From contig OZ316891.1 in NCBI GenBank assembly GCA_973895155.1, positions 9,611,875 through 9,675,874 of the forward strand: a stretch of DNA of 64,000 nucleotides, given 5' to 3'. The DNA is from Marsupella aquatica (lineage: Eukaryota > Plantae > Marchantiophyta). Positions 23,869-36,824 of this stretch are shown in pieces. Within the stretch, counting starts at the first letter, position 1. Each line of letters starts with the position of its first letter. The notes beneath the pieces were generated by a model that searched no databases, was not told the DNA's origin, and was given only the letters and a program-made list of their open reading frames with translations. A program made the position numbers and the translations under genes.

Positions 23869-24922
23869 ATGAGTGACTCGGAGAATACTAGAAGAATTGG
23901 CATCGGTGGAGCTTCAGGATCGCGACGGTCAGACGGAGAGTCTGAGGAGGAGCTGCTACCGTTTGAGGAGGAACTTATAACACCGGTACGATCACTGGTG
24001 CGGCGTGCAGTGGAGGAAGCTGTGTTACTACCAGAGCTGTCGGTAGTAGGGAAGAAGAGGGAGATGGCTAGATTTGGAGGAGTGAAGTTTGAGGTGGAGA
24101 AGTACGATGGTCGTACTGATTACTTGCTCTGGGAGAAGCAAGTGAAAGGTGTTCTACGGGCCATGGGCTTAGCTCATCTGCTTTCATCGCGAGAGCAGTA
24201 TGATGGAGAGGAGGAGATTTCAGTGAGGCAATGGAGACAGGAGCAGGTGATTGCTGTCAATGCAGTGATGCTATATCTCAAGCCGCACATCATCAAGCAG
24301 TTGGATGATTATGCGGATTGCGCGTCACTGTTCAAGGCTCTAAGAGAGAAGTACTACCGGGAAGATGCGTCAGACCGACTGTACAAGAAGTCTCTTGATG
24401 AGCCTCAGGCTCAAGGAAGGGAGCAAGATGCAGGATCACCTGGATGAGTTTGACAGTCTAGCGGTTGATCTGTCAAACCTGGGAAAAGGAGTTGAAGATG
24501 AGGATAAGGCCTTGCTTCTGCTAAGCTCCTTACCGCCGTCATATCAGGGCTTGAAACAGGTGCTCTTGTACAGAGATCTGAAGTCCATTTCGTATAATGA
24601 GGTGGTAAGCTCTTTACTGTCTGATGATGCTCAGAAGAAGCTGGGTCAATCACAGACAGCATCTTCTTCTGGCACTGCGCTCAATGTGAACAGGGGCAGA
24701 GCAACGCAGCGCACGAATGGGCAGAACAGGTTTAGATCAACATCACGGGGGAGATCTAAATCCAGAGGAAAATCGCAAGAGAAGAAGCCTCTTGCATGTT
24801 GGAATTGTGGCAAGCCAGACCACATGAAAAGGGATTGTCGAGTAAAGGTCCCTACTGCCTCTGCTAACGCAGCATCGAGCTCGCATGAGGTAGATTTACT
24901 CGATGATGATGACATATTGTGA
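23869..24922 (+). pseudogene. gag: Copia gag (UBN2-type capsid plus CCHC zinc knuckle), frameshifted near 24385-24395
   Basis: KFEVEKYDGRTDYLLW, DEDKALLLLSSLPPSY and CWNCGKPDHMKRDC. Split over two reading frames; ends at TGA 24920-24922. Confidence 0.88.
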
Positions 24923-27900
24923 TGTCAAGGTTATGCTCTCAACGTAGTGTCAAATCCAGGTAGTGATGACTGGATTCTAGATAGTGCATGTACTTTTCAC
25001 ATTTGCTCTAGAAGAGATTATTTCAGTTCTTACACAGTTTCCAACGGGTCAGTGTTGATGGGAAATGGAATCCCATATCAAGTTGTTGGACTTGGATCTG
25101 TACGATTTCAGATGTTTGATGGTGCTGTGAGAACATTGAGGAATGTGAGACATATTCCCAGCATGATGAAAAATCTCATTTCACTTGGAGTTTTAGAGGC
25201 AAATGGCCATCAGTGGAGTTCTGCTAATGGTGTCCTTCAGGTTTCAATTGGTACTAAAGTTGTATTGAAGGGAAACAGACATTGCAATCTATACGTTATG
25301 GAGGGCAGTGTAGTCTATGATGAAGCCAATGTAACCTTATCTCATGAGGAGACGGCCCGGCTGTGGCACTTCTGTTTGGGCCACATGAGTGAAAAAGGTT
25401 TGGTTATTCTTCAGAAGAAAGGATTACTTTCTAATTTGCAATCTTGTAAGTTGGAATTTTGTGAGCACTGTGTGCTAGGGAAGCAGCACAGGAAACCCTT
25501 CGGAGTTGGAACTCACACCAGCAAGGAGGTACTTGAGTATGTACATAGTGATGTGTGGGGTCCCGCCCCTACTCCCTCACATTCTGGACGGTTACACTAT
25601 GTCACGTTCATTGACGATTACTCAAGGTATGTGTGGATATACTTTCTACACAATAAATCTGATGTTTTTGCCACTTTTAAGGAGTGGAAAGCCCAAGTTG
25701 AAAATCAGACTGGTAATAAGGTGAGATATCTTCGATCGGATAACGGCAGTGAATACAGTTCCGGTGAATTTGGAACGTATTGTAAGGAGCAGGGGATTAC
25801 CCGCCATCTCACAACAAGCTATACTCCTCAGCAGAATGGTGTTTCTGAGAGACTCAACCGAACACTATTGGACCGCTCGAGGAGTATGTTGAGTCAATCA
25901 TGCTTACCACATGAGTTTTGGGCTGAAGCTGTCAACACTGCAGCTTATTTGGTAAATTTTTCTCCATCCAGTTCTATTGGATTCAAGACGCCATTTGAAA
26001 TGAGGTACGGGCGTCCAGCAGATTACTCACATCTGAGGATTTTTGGATGTGATGCTTATGTGCTTACACCTTCCGAGCTTCGATCCAAGCTAGACTCCAA
26101 GTCGAAGAAGTGCATTTTCCTTGGTTATCAGAAAGGTGTGAAGGGTTATAGGTTATGGGATCCAGTAACCTGTAAGCTAATTGTCAGTAGAGATGTGTCC
26201 TTTAATGAATCCAGATCATCAAAGGAGGGGGAGAGTTCTCAGGATTCCCATACTGACAAGGGGAAATCTCCCATCCCAGACCGGGTTGAGGGGGAGATTA
26301 GTCATGATGCAGTTCATGACAGAAGAGATGGAGAAGCTCCGAGCTTGGAGCTGGTTCCTGTGATGGAACAAGAGGAGCAAATTTTTGCTAGGGTACCTCA
26401 AATTCAACCAACAGCAATAACAGATTAGCCTGAGTCATCTACTAGAAGAACTTCCAGTCGTTCTACTAGAGCTCCTACCAGGTATGGTCAATGGGCAGAC
26501 TCATCTAAGCTAGATGATATTGACATTGCACCTGATGAAGATGATATGGCTTTGATGTTGGAAGAAGGAGAGCCTTCTTCGTATAGTGAGGCTTGTGCTT
26601 CAGAGCAGAAGCATGAGTGGAATGCAGCAATGCAGAGGGAGTTGCAATCTTTGAGTGACAATAAGACATGGGAGCTGGTGGAGCTTCCAAGAGGTCAACA
26701 AGTGGTGGATACCAAGTGGATTTACAAGTTGAAGGACAATCCTTCAGAGGGTGGAGATAAGATCTACAAGGCAAGGCTTGTTGCCAAGGGGTTCACTCAG
26801 GAGAAAGGAGTCGATTACAATGAGGTCTTTTCACCGGTGGCTAAGTATTCCACAATTCGGATCTTGTGTCAGCTTGTTGTGTTTTTTAATCTGGTGATGG
26901 ATCAGATGGATGTTGTTACTGCTTTTCTCTATGGCAATTTGGAAGAGATGATCTTCATGAGACAGCCACTAGGCTTTATGAAGAAGGGCCAAGAGAACTT
27001 AGTTTGCAGATTGCTCAAATCCTTGTATGGATTGAAGCAGTCTCCCAGACAGTGGAACAAGCGGTTTGATGATTTCATGCTTGCTCAAGGTTTTACAAGG
27101 ATGGTGTATGATCCTTGTGTGTATAAAAAATCAGTCAAGAATGATGTATTTGGTTTCATCATTCTGGTAATCTATGTGGATGACATGCTAATTGTGGCTA
27201 AAGATCAATCTGAGGTTGACAGTCTCAAGGCGAAATTGAGCGCTGAATTCAGGATGAAGGATCTTGGTAAGGCCAAGAGGATCTTAGGGATGGAGATTTT
27301 TAGGAACTCTGAGACTGGACAGTTGTGCTTGAGTCAAGGCCAGTATGCGAGGAAAGTACTTGCACGATTCAACATGGAGAACTGTAAGCCAGTGAGTATT
27401 CCTTTAGCTTCACATTTCAAGTTATCATCAGTTTTCTCTCCTACGGATGCTGTGGAGAAAGGTCTGATGGCTAAGAATCCTTATGAGAAGGCAGTAGGCA
27501 GTCTGATGTATTTGATGACTTGTACTAGGCCTGACTTGGCCCTAGCGATGGGCAAGGTTAGCAGATTCATGTCAAATCCAGGGAAGGTACATTGGGAAGC
27601 TGTGAAATGGATTCTCAGGTATGTGAAGGGAACACAGGACTATGGATTACTATTTGATAACAGATCAAATAGAACGTTAGTTGGCTATGTAGATTCTGAC
27701 TATGGAGGCTGTCTGGATACAAGGAGATCTACAACTGGGTTTGTATACACTCTTGGAGGAGGATGTATCAGTTGGAAATCTACCTTGCAGAAGTGCATAT
27801 CTCAGTCTACTACAGAAGCAGAGTATGTTGCAGCAGCAGAAGCTGCAAAGGAAGCAATTTGGTTGGATAAGTTGATCGCGGAGATGGGTTTAGAGCATGG

Positions 27901-28141
27901 AAAAATGACTCTAAACTGTGATAGTCAGAGTGCTCTTCACTTGGCTGCTAACCAGGTGATGGATAGCAGGGTGAAGCACATTGATATCAGGTACCATTTT
28001 ATCAGGCAAGCAGTGTCTGATAAAACTTTTGAGCTAGTCAAGATTGATGGAAAGCTCAATCCCGCTGATGCCTTTACCAAAGTGATTCCTTTGGAGAGTT
28101 TCTCAAGACACCGTGCTACTTTGCAGGTTTTGCAGTTGTAG
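24923..28141 (+). pseudogene. pol: Copia pol: protease, integrase, reverse transcriptase and RNase H, with one in-frame TAG at 26426-26428
   Basis: WILDSAC (protease); WHxxLGH...CEHC, VHSDVWG, LRSDNGSEY and NGVSER (integrase); YKARLVAKG, SLYGLKQSPR and YVDD (RT); GYVDSD, TEAEY and ADAFTK (RNase H). The 24947 and 26546 ORFs are in the same frame. Confidence 0.93.
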
Positions 28142-28348
28142 TGCAAGTAGAGTTATTTAGCAATGTGTGACTATTTGTATATGGATTACTCATTCCTGTT
28201 AGGCTACGGCTTAGTTCTAGTTAACCCTTAGTTAACCCTTGTGGTTTTTAGGGGGAGACCTGGTTTGGTGATTGTCTAGAACTTCCCGCTGAGGATTCCA
28301 TATGATAGCATTTAGTCCAGTCCCCAAGACAAGAGTCAATGGGGAGTT

Positions 28349-28692
28349 TGTTAGATATTGCTCTAGTCTTGTGACTCTTGTGCTAACCACAGTTAGGCTA
28401 ACTTGGGTTAGGACCTAGCTAAGGTTAGCGGTAGTGTTGTTGTGCATATAGCCAGGGCTGATGCCAGACCCTGGTGGAACTTAGGCTCATTGTTACGGAG
28501 CTAGTTGAGAGATAGGGAGAGCTTGTGCTGTGGATGCTTGGTATGGCCGGTCGGCCTAGAGTGCAGTAAAGCTCTTGTGTGTTCCCGTGGATGTAGCCTC
28601 ATGTGGAGGTGAACCACGTATCTCTCTGTGTCGACTATTGTGCGTTGGATGGTTCATGGGCTTGCCGTTGCGAATGTCGTCTATGCTCAACA
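28349..28692 (+). repeat. 3' LTR of the copia element
   Basis: Direct repeat of 21995-22338, preceded by the purine-rich PPT (AAGAGTCAATGGGGAG) and followed by TSD GTCCG. Confidence 0.96.
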
Positions 28693-30367
28693 GTCCGATC
28701 CAAACAAAGTAATCTGATGGCCATGGAATGTCTGGAGCTGGAAGAGGGAAAGGTGCTATGACCTTTCTACAATGATAAACCCAACTCCAAAGGTCAGGAG
28801 TCTCAATCGTGGGTAATCTCAACTTGTCGATAGGTAGCCATAGAATACCACGAGAAATTGGAACCATGTCGTAGGTGTGTGGAAAAGGAAAAGACTCACG
28901 ACCAAACATAAGTGGAGGTAAAGGAGGTGCAAGAGGAGTGCGTGCGTCGATGAGTGACGTAATCATCCTATCAAACTGGGCGGGAAAGACAAAAAGAGGC
29001 TCAATGTCGGCAACAGAAGAGACAATAGGAGGCTGAGACATCAAAGGAGTAGGAGCTATAAATGGTACACTAGGGGGCTCTATAGTCTCAGGCTCAGTCT
29101 CAGGAATAGCCTCAGGAATAGGTTCATCTCCTTCCATGGTAGGAGAGGGAAATGAATCATCAAGGGGTGATAGGGTGGTATCCTCAATAGAGGAAAATGG
29201 ATCTGGAGGGGGTACTGGTGAAGGGGGTAAAGGCTCAGGGGTAGGAGATGGAGGGTGCTCAGGTGAAAATGTAGGAGGGATAGGGGAAAGAATGGGATCA
29301 GGTAGAGGGGGTGTAGGTGAGGATGGAGGAGGAAGTGAAGGGTCAGCAATAGGTAGCTCCGGCTCATCCACATCCATAGGGTGATCAGGCTGTGGTGAAG
29401 GTGCAAGGGGTGAAACATGAGGGGGTGGGACGGTATGAGACTCGGAAAGCAAAGCACAAATACAGTCAAGTAACTGTAGAGGGGTACAACTCAAGAGTCT
29501 AGTGGCCTCATCTACCAAATGTTGGTTGAAACCAGCCACACTAGCTAGTCGCTCAGCATCACCAACAAAATCAGTCCATGACGGATAAAAAGTGGAAGCA
29601 ACAAAAGAGGGAGAAGTCATCCCTGGTAGATCTGGTGCTGTCGTTTGCTCCACTGGAGGGGGTCTCGGAGATGTCGTCGGTGGTGGAGTCAACTCTCTCG
29701 CTAACTCTGGCTGAGGTAGCTCAAAGTGTCTCGCTCTCCTCCTCCAATCGCTCAGCTCCACTGGTAAAAAGCAGCCTCTCAAAAAGTAAATGTGCGCCAA
29801 GTAGGGTGTCAGATAGGTATCACCGATAGTAGACAAGACAGCCACCTGCTTGGCGATCACCTCCGAAAGAGCTAAGGCCCAGTTGATCCTCCTCTTTCCG
29901 GTCCATGATACAATGATAGAGCTGGTCAAGTAAACCATAGCCCTGGTGGGTTTGGTCGGATGAAAGATAGGTACAAGGAATTGGAGTAGATGAGCTAACT
30001 CCCGGTTCCTGCACTGATCAATCTTCCAACCAGACCTCCGGTCCCTGGTACCTCTAAAATAGGGGATAGTCAAGTCCTCTCCAACAGAGATAAGTCTCTC
30101 TCCCTCCTGGCTCAACTGGTACACCTCAGAAATAACGGCGGTGGTACACACATCAGCTGAACCTCTAGTAGAACTCCGAAAAGTGCCAGCTCGGGGTGGA
30201 CAAAGAAAATCGGCAATGATGGACCCATGCACCATATCCCAAGGAAGAAAAAGTAAGGAACTCAAGCCCATCTCTACCAGGTTACTAAGGAGTCTAAAGT
30301 AAGCCTTAGGACCTAGAAATAAGGTCACCCTAATGGCCTTACTAATTGGTAAGCTTCTGGAGGCCAT
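28693..30367 (-). CDS. Intronless TE-associated ORF (plant-mobile-domain-like N-half, Pro/Ser-rich C-half), interrupted by the copia element
   Basis: Long open frame containing GWKIDQCRNRELAHLLQFLVPIFHPTKPTR...RRINWA...TYLTPYLAHIY. From memory this resembles retrotransposon-associated ORFs in bryophyte genomes (not searched). The ORF now reads on into the LTR to 28556. Confidence 0.6.
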
Positions 30368-30759
30368 AGCTCAAAAAATCTGAGAAGGCTCTAGAGCTCT
30401 CCTCCTAAAAATAGTTAAGCATTGAGGCTCAAGAATGAAATCTCAGGGATCTAAGGTAGTTGCGCTACTATGGGAGAAGGAATGAACTGAAAAGAGATAT
30501 AAATGAAGGAGCTCTGATCAGGCGAAGCTCTCGAAATTGCAATTTCTTCAATTCCAAGAAATCAGAGAGCATCGATGACCCAATACTCCTCAATGTCTCA
30601 TCAATAGCAGTTCAGAATCGGGGTGAACATTCTCTAGGCAGCTGCGCTCCTATAGCAATTGAAATGAGCTCGAATGGTGGTCTATCAAGTGAGCACTGAG
30701 GTCGAAGCTCACGCCCTACTGCTGGCTGCCATGGACGTCCCTCGAAGAAAAGTAGAAAA

Positions 30760-31060
30760 GTGTGATCAGGCCGACGCGGACGTCACATTAGGTTGTGGCG
30801 GAGTGGACGTCCCTACGTGGAGGCCGTCCAAGACGTCCTTGAGTTTTTCATGCGGGCCGGCGCGGAAGTAGTCGGCCGTCCTTGGCAAAAAATGGGTGTC
30901 GTCCCGGTCCCTGTGTAGAAGCCGTCCAAGCCGGCGCCGTCTTTGCCGTCTTTGTGAGGAGGCCGTCCAAGACGGCGCCATCCCGGCCGTCCCTGCGAGG
31001 AGGCCGTCCAGGCCGTCACCTCATTTTTGAAGCTTCTTTCAACTTCTTGCCGTCTTGACG
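30760..31060. repeat. GC-rich array of about ten (G)GCCGTC(C) motifs upstream of the TE-associated ORF
   Basis: ggccgtcc/gccgtc at about 30822, 30874, 30921, 30936, 30945, 30961, 30984, 31002, 31011 and 31049. Confidence 0.7.
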
Positions 31061-34000
31061 TCTAATATGTGAAAACCAGAGTAGCCTTGACGTCTTCCAA
31101 TGGTATCCTTACCCATTTGAGCTTATACTAACTTGATTTTGCTTAAAGGGCCTTTTAAAAACTTAATTTTTTAAAAAAATTTATGGTTTTGATACTTTAA
31201 CTCTCTTTTTGGAATAATCACCTAATTACATACAAGATATCAAGAATTCATCCGATACCATCACCAGGGAAAGATCGGAGGAGACAATAATATATATCTG
31301 TCTGAAATAAACCAGCTAATTTGAGAGGATGGAATGAACATATGTAGTGAGGAGGATCTAATGTGAGTAGCGGTCTTGCCCATTGTCTCCTCCCTCAAAA
31401 TAATTGATCATGAGAAGGATGGCAAGGACAAGATTGGAACTTGATGACAGCAGCCGAACTCCCAAAGAAACGGATAACCCGTTGTTGCAACTACTGTTTC
31501 TACTCCACCATCTGAATGACACTGACCAAAGTCATCCACAATGTAACTGGCCTTGAGCCAAACACACATAGTGACTTGCATATCTCAACAAATGGCCAAC
31601 GTGCGGATAAAAAGAATAAGTTTCCACTCTACTCAGATAAACAGGGGACAATTAGGCAAATGATCTGCGCGCTAGATAGCAGGTCCAGCAAAAGGGACGG
31701 AGGCTTGGGGAGGGGAGTGGAATGAGAACAACAGAGATAGTGGTCTTATACATGGAAATAGATATACAAATGGCAAGAAGACTCCACATACACAAAAGCT
31801 TCACAGAGAATGAATTACTCATGACAAGCACTATTAGCCATTGGACTGGATAGATATTTGTCTGTGTAGTACAAACCCTGTTTCATGTTTTTGAGTCTGA
31901 CCAAATTGCTACCAGGCGAAGATGCAGCTGCAAAAGGCCCTGAAACAGACGGCGTTACAATTTTTGCAGGGAATCCAATTTTGAAAACTATAAGATTCAT
32001 ATGGGTTTTTAGTACTAAACTTAAGACTGTTCCTAGACTTTTCCATAGAGTTAGGGGTTAAAATAGGTTTTAAAACTTAAACTATTATGGCTGACTTTTC
32101 CTTTTCTGTGGGGTTTCACAGATTTCCCCTTAAAATAAATTAAAATAAAAAACAATCCATTACGGTAACACAACCTCCTTGGCCAGGGATGGAGATTAAA
32201 TTGTTGTGACTCCCAATTCGATCTTGCCTGGGAATTTTATGCTCCGCATTTTGATAACTTTATCTCAGATTGCCCTATTGATCTTGGCATCATGGTCTCA
32301 CCCGATCTAGCAATCCCTTCCCTTGGAGGGATGGGAACTTCCCCCCATCCATAAGAGTAGTTATTGGACTCATGACATGATGTTTGTTCATAGGTCGCCA
32401 ACTCTACTGGATCCCCGCCCAAGGCCTAAAATTGGTGACCATGGGGTTGATTTGGGTGATTTCCAGCATGTCCTTTGCCCCATTGGATTTATTTTTGTTT
32501 GTGACCCTACCACTGGTCTTTGCAACAATGGTCTTTGGATACATCAGGCTCACCCCCGGGCTCAGCATCACCTTTAAAAATATATATATTTTAAAATTTC
32601 TCTTACCATGTAGTAAATTGGAATCTTGCCCAGTATTCTACATTATGTACTTGACTCACTACATGATTTTCTTGCTTCATGAACAAAATGGAACCCCTTA
32701 AATAGCTCCAAAAGTTTCTGAACTTGGCTTAGATGGTACATCAAGAAGATCTCTAGAGGGGATTGGGAGAATAGGCCATAGAGAAATGCATTTTCAGCTC
32801 ACTTTGGAGATTAATCTGGTGATATTTTATGTGACTTGAAAGGTCAAGATTATATGAGGAAGATCAAGATTATATGAGGAAGCCGAATAACTAATGGTCT
32901 AGATTGACTTAGTTGTAAGATGCATTCAATGCAAGTAGAACGTGAGGAAGGTATCTCTTTGGTTGTAGCTTCCTTGCACACAAGAGAAACTGAAAATAGC
33001 TATCCTCAACCACCACAATATGAAAAAAAAAAGATTTTCTCTAGAACTACATCTTACTTGCTTAGCTAAAATGAAATTGTGCTTGGGAAATCACACTCTT
33101 TTCATGACTTGTTGATTTCAAAAATAACCAGTACATTTTTGGCGGTTTTCCAATACTCATATTGAGCATAATATTTGACCAAGCTCTGATACATTTGGCT
33201 TTGGACTATATCCAATGTTATATGCTATGTACTTTCCGAGTCATTTTCTATCAAACAATATCTTTATGATGCAATATGTAATGTATCAAGTGTCCAATAG
33301 TATGCATATTGAACCAGGTCCGAGACATATTATATCGGATATTCCCGTTTCACATTTGTGGTATTGTTCCAAAGCTTAGCTCATTGAATATAGTTGTATC
33401 ATGTCCCATTTTATAACTGATGTATACCAAAACAATTTAAATTGAACAATTTTGTCTGTTGTTTGAATTAAAACATTGATATAGCCGGGGATATAGCAAA
33501 GGGATTTGTAATGATGCAATTTGTACTATATTGGACCGGCCCCTTGTTGATGAAGGATGTGAAGGGGTCCGTTAGGAAAGGGATCAAAAAGGTGTTTCTG
33601 ATGCGGTATGCATGGCATGTGGTCCATTTGGGGGAGTATTGGGAGTTAGGTTTTTTTACAACTGGAATGTTTGATGCATATCTGATGGGCCTGGCTTGGG
33701 ATAGTCAATGGGACATAAGGTTTATAGATGTTCTTGGGAATGGTTTTACAAGATTAATTAGGGATACTTAATATTGGTTGATGTTACCCTTAAACCTCAA
33801 ATAACCACCCATAAAACCCTATATTCCACCACCCAAAAAAACCCATCCGTTACATTGTCCGTTTGAACTTGTGTGTGTACATCCATTATAAATCTGTCAC
33901 ATTAGCATCAGACACTTTGCACCATCCCCTCATTAATCTATTGGACCAGATATACGATGTCATTGCTATCGGATGTTGCGTATGTCATCAAGACACAAAG

Positions 34001-35060
34001 TGACTCAACATATTGCATATTGCGTTAGAAAAGTATCAGAATATCGATAGGTTTACAATCACACTACTGCAAATTTAGACTTTGCCTACTTGTTACGTAA
34101 CTATCCAATATGTTACAAATTGGAAATGGTTTTTTAAATATGGTTTAGAAACAGACAATCCATTAGTAAACAAAACGGACGTTCCGATAAGAGTTTGATG
34201 GTTCATATCCAATAGGATTTGTATGGGACTTTGGGAAGTGAATTGCATCAGATATGTGATTTTTATGCATTGAAATTTTGGAAGGGATCCGACGGAATAC
34301 GTATTGGATAACAGCCCAAAAATGTACTAGTGAATGACTTGATCTGCTTTCAAACACGTAACTTCAAACCCGTAACTACAATCTGATAATGGTAAAACTC
34401 CCACTTATTTTGCCTTATTCTCTCACTGTCTTTAAAGTTTGGCGGCTCTTATGATAGCTCTAAAGCACCCTTTGCCCCTTGCTCTGCCCAAAATATGGGC
34501 CAAAAGACTCTGGAAATTAAAGAAATCCCCGATTGATGGGTTTGTTTCTACTTGTGAAAGCCATTTTCTCAAGGTCTTAGGTAGTCTTTGAGGCAACTAG
34601 CCTGACTGCCAAAGCTCTGCTTAGACCCACTGTTGCCTTCCCCACCTATTCCCTCTGGAGCTTCACTCTAGATCAACTCTAAGCTCCAGAGTGTAGCTTA
34701 CAATAGTGAATTATTAGTTAGGTAGAATAACCTTCTCTTCATTCCACTTGAAAGATCAAGTCCAGAAGGTACAAAGACATAATAGTAACCAACAAATTGA
34801 GCTTGTGAATTTATTTAATGTTTTGTATTGAACATGAAGTCAGAAGCAATACATTGAAGTTCTTTAAATTTAATGTTTCCCTAATTGCTTGCATGTGTTT
34901 GGTTAATAGAAAAAAATCAATTGTGATGGTAATAACCACAAGAAGAATAAAGGCTCATATATAGCAACTGTAGCAGTTTTCCTGTTAATTGTTCAATACA
35001 AAACTCATTAGGCAAAAAAAAAAGGCTTTGTATAGTGCGCAAGGCCCAAGTAGACTCAAT

Positions 35061-36824
35061 CTACACATATCTTTCTTGAAAAAAGTTTGTACAAGGAATT
35101 CTTAGCACTTCTACATCACATTCACTTGCAAGGGCCAAAAGCTCTTTGAGATTATCAGTAGTAATTGTTTTGGCAACCTCACGCCCAGCGTCATTCTTTA
35201 GCTCCGCGATTTGGAAGGTGTGGGCAAACTTTAAGACTTCAACCGGCGGCACATCTTCATTGTAAGTAATCTCACCAATGTACATGTAATGTAGCACTGC
35301 CCGCAAGAAAGGAGGAGTCACACCATGTATTTCTATGTGACCCGTGTCTTTCTCCAACTCATCACTCCAGTTCCGTGTTTCAAGCATTTGATAGAAAATG
35401 GGTGATCTGCTACTCTTCACATTGTAAAACACATTATACCTTCTAAGAGATCTGAATGACTGTTTTATTCCATGAGTTGTTTCCATATCTATACTATTCA
35501 ATGAAATTATACACCCAAAACCTCCTCTAATTAATTTGTTTTTTGACTGTCATAATAAGAGCGGGAATAAGAGGTAGTCAAAGTAATCCTTGACATTCAA
35601 GGTCAGTTTCTAAGTTTCTGTTGGGCTTATCCTTTGATCAGTCTATTTTTCTTGGGAACCTGTACTGATGCTTGTCCTTAGGGGTCTTACTTCCACAAAA
35701 CTAACACATCACCTATGACAAAGCATATAGTGTTTTTATTGGTTCTAAAGACGGACTAACAAAAATTTGTGGAATAACATTAGGTTTTGTTTAATCAATT
35801 TTGAGCCTTATAAGAGAAAATAGGATTTAAGAACCATTTTGTGGAAAATTCCAAATTGAGTTGAGGGTGTTTGAAACTAAAAATCATCGCAGGTGATGGG
35901 ATGCTTCACATAGTGAGACCCGGGAGTGAGACCCCCGACCCCTTGTTATAACGTGCTACAACATGTCTATCTATAACTAAGGCTGATTCGTTAAATAGAC
36001 AAGTTCTCCGTAAATTCATTTCACCCAAACAGTCATGGGTGAAAAGAAGTACACAATACCCCAGCCAAAAACAAACTGGAGATGTTAGTTACTTGATGGA
36101 CCCCCAAAATGAAAAGTGTTACTTGATGGACCCCATGAGTGGTCCAGACTGTTGATAGACCTTCAGCCAATGTCCCACAAAACCTCATGGGGTTGGTTGA
36201 AGGGGAGAAAACTTTGGTTTGGGGTTCAATCAAATAAATATCTCAAAAACATGTGAGCAAACAATGCAAGGAGACATGAGGAAAATGAGCCTAGCGGGCT
36301 GAAGCTGCGTTACTCCAAATAGACTGTGGATGAAACTGTTGCAGTACAAGGTTGTGTAGTGGTTGGGTTTAGAGTTTTACTAGAATTAAACGGGTGGCTT
36401 GAATTGGTGGGTCAAATCCGTCCACTCGGTGCTCACATAGCTTACATATCAAGCCTTTGCTTCCCACTATATAGAAATTGATATCTCCATGGAATGATGG
36501 GTTAAGAGGAGTATCATGAAAGTTCTTGAGGTATGCCACCTTTGCTTCAGCAAGCTCTGCTCTAGTTGTGAGGACATTCCTGGTCTCTGCAAGCTTTGCT
36601 TGTGTGGCCTCCAACGATTCAACTAATTTCTTGCGGCAATCATTACACCAACCAGATGTGAACTCTTCTGGACTTTGTTTACTTTTGAAACACTTCCCAC
36701 AACGAGAAATTGTTCTGGGATGAATATTTACAGGAGAAGATGGTCTTGTGAAAAAGGTAGGGCGACTTTGAGTCCCAAATGAGCCAGATTTACACCATCC
36801 AATACCTTTGTTTCGCGGATCCAT
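35061..36824 (-). CDS. BTB/POZ-domain protein (At4g08455-like; CxxC...CxxC, coiled coil, BTB), 2 exons, ~265 aa
   Basis: Joining exons 36824-36381 and 35414-35061 gives ATRLIL|SSRSPIFYQMLE, IEIHGVTPPFLRAVLHYMYIG and VLKFAHTFQIAELK (BTB core). N-terminus has CGKC...CNDC followed by LAEAKVAYL. Confidence 0.82.
35680..35940 (-). repeat. Dispersed repeat copy 2, inside the BTB gene intron
   Basis: Diverged inverted homology to 8360-8660. Confidence 0.65.

Larger units (their letters stand above)
21995..28692 (+). mobile_element. Full-length Ty1/copia LTR retrotransposon (Tnt1/Tork-like), recent but mutated
   Basis: Two 344-bp TG...CA LTRs. 5-bp TSD GTCCG at 21990-21994 and 28693-28697. PBS TGGTATCAGAGC and a PPT before the 3' LTR. 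Domain order gag-PR-INT-RT-RH. Confidence 0.97.

Noticed and set aside
28556-28692. Last ~45 aa of the 603-aa ORF in the ORF track
   Set aside because: This is antisense LTR sequence, not the native C-terminus.
31251-31260. TGGTATCGGA on the minus strand as a possible PBS of the host element
   Set aside because: Only 7 nt match tRNA-iMet, and no adjacent LTR pair was found.
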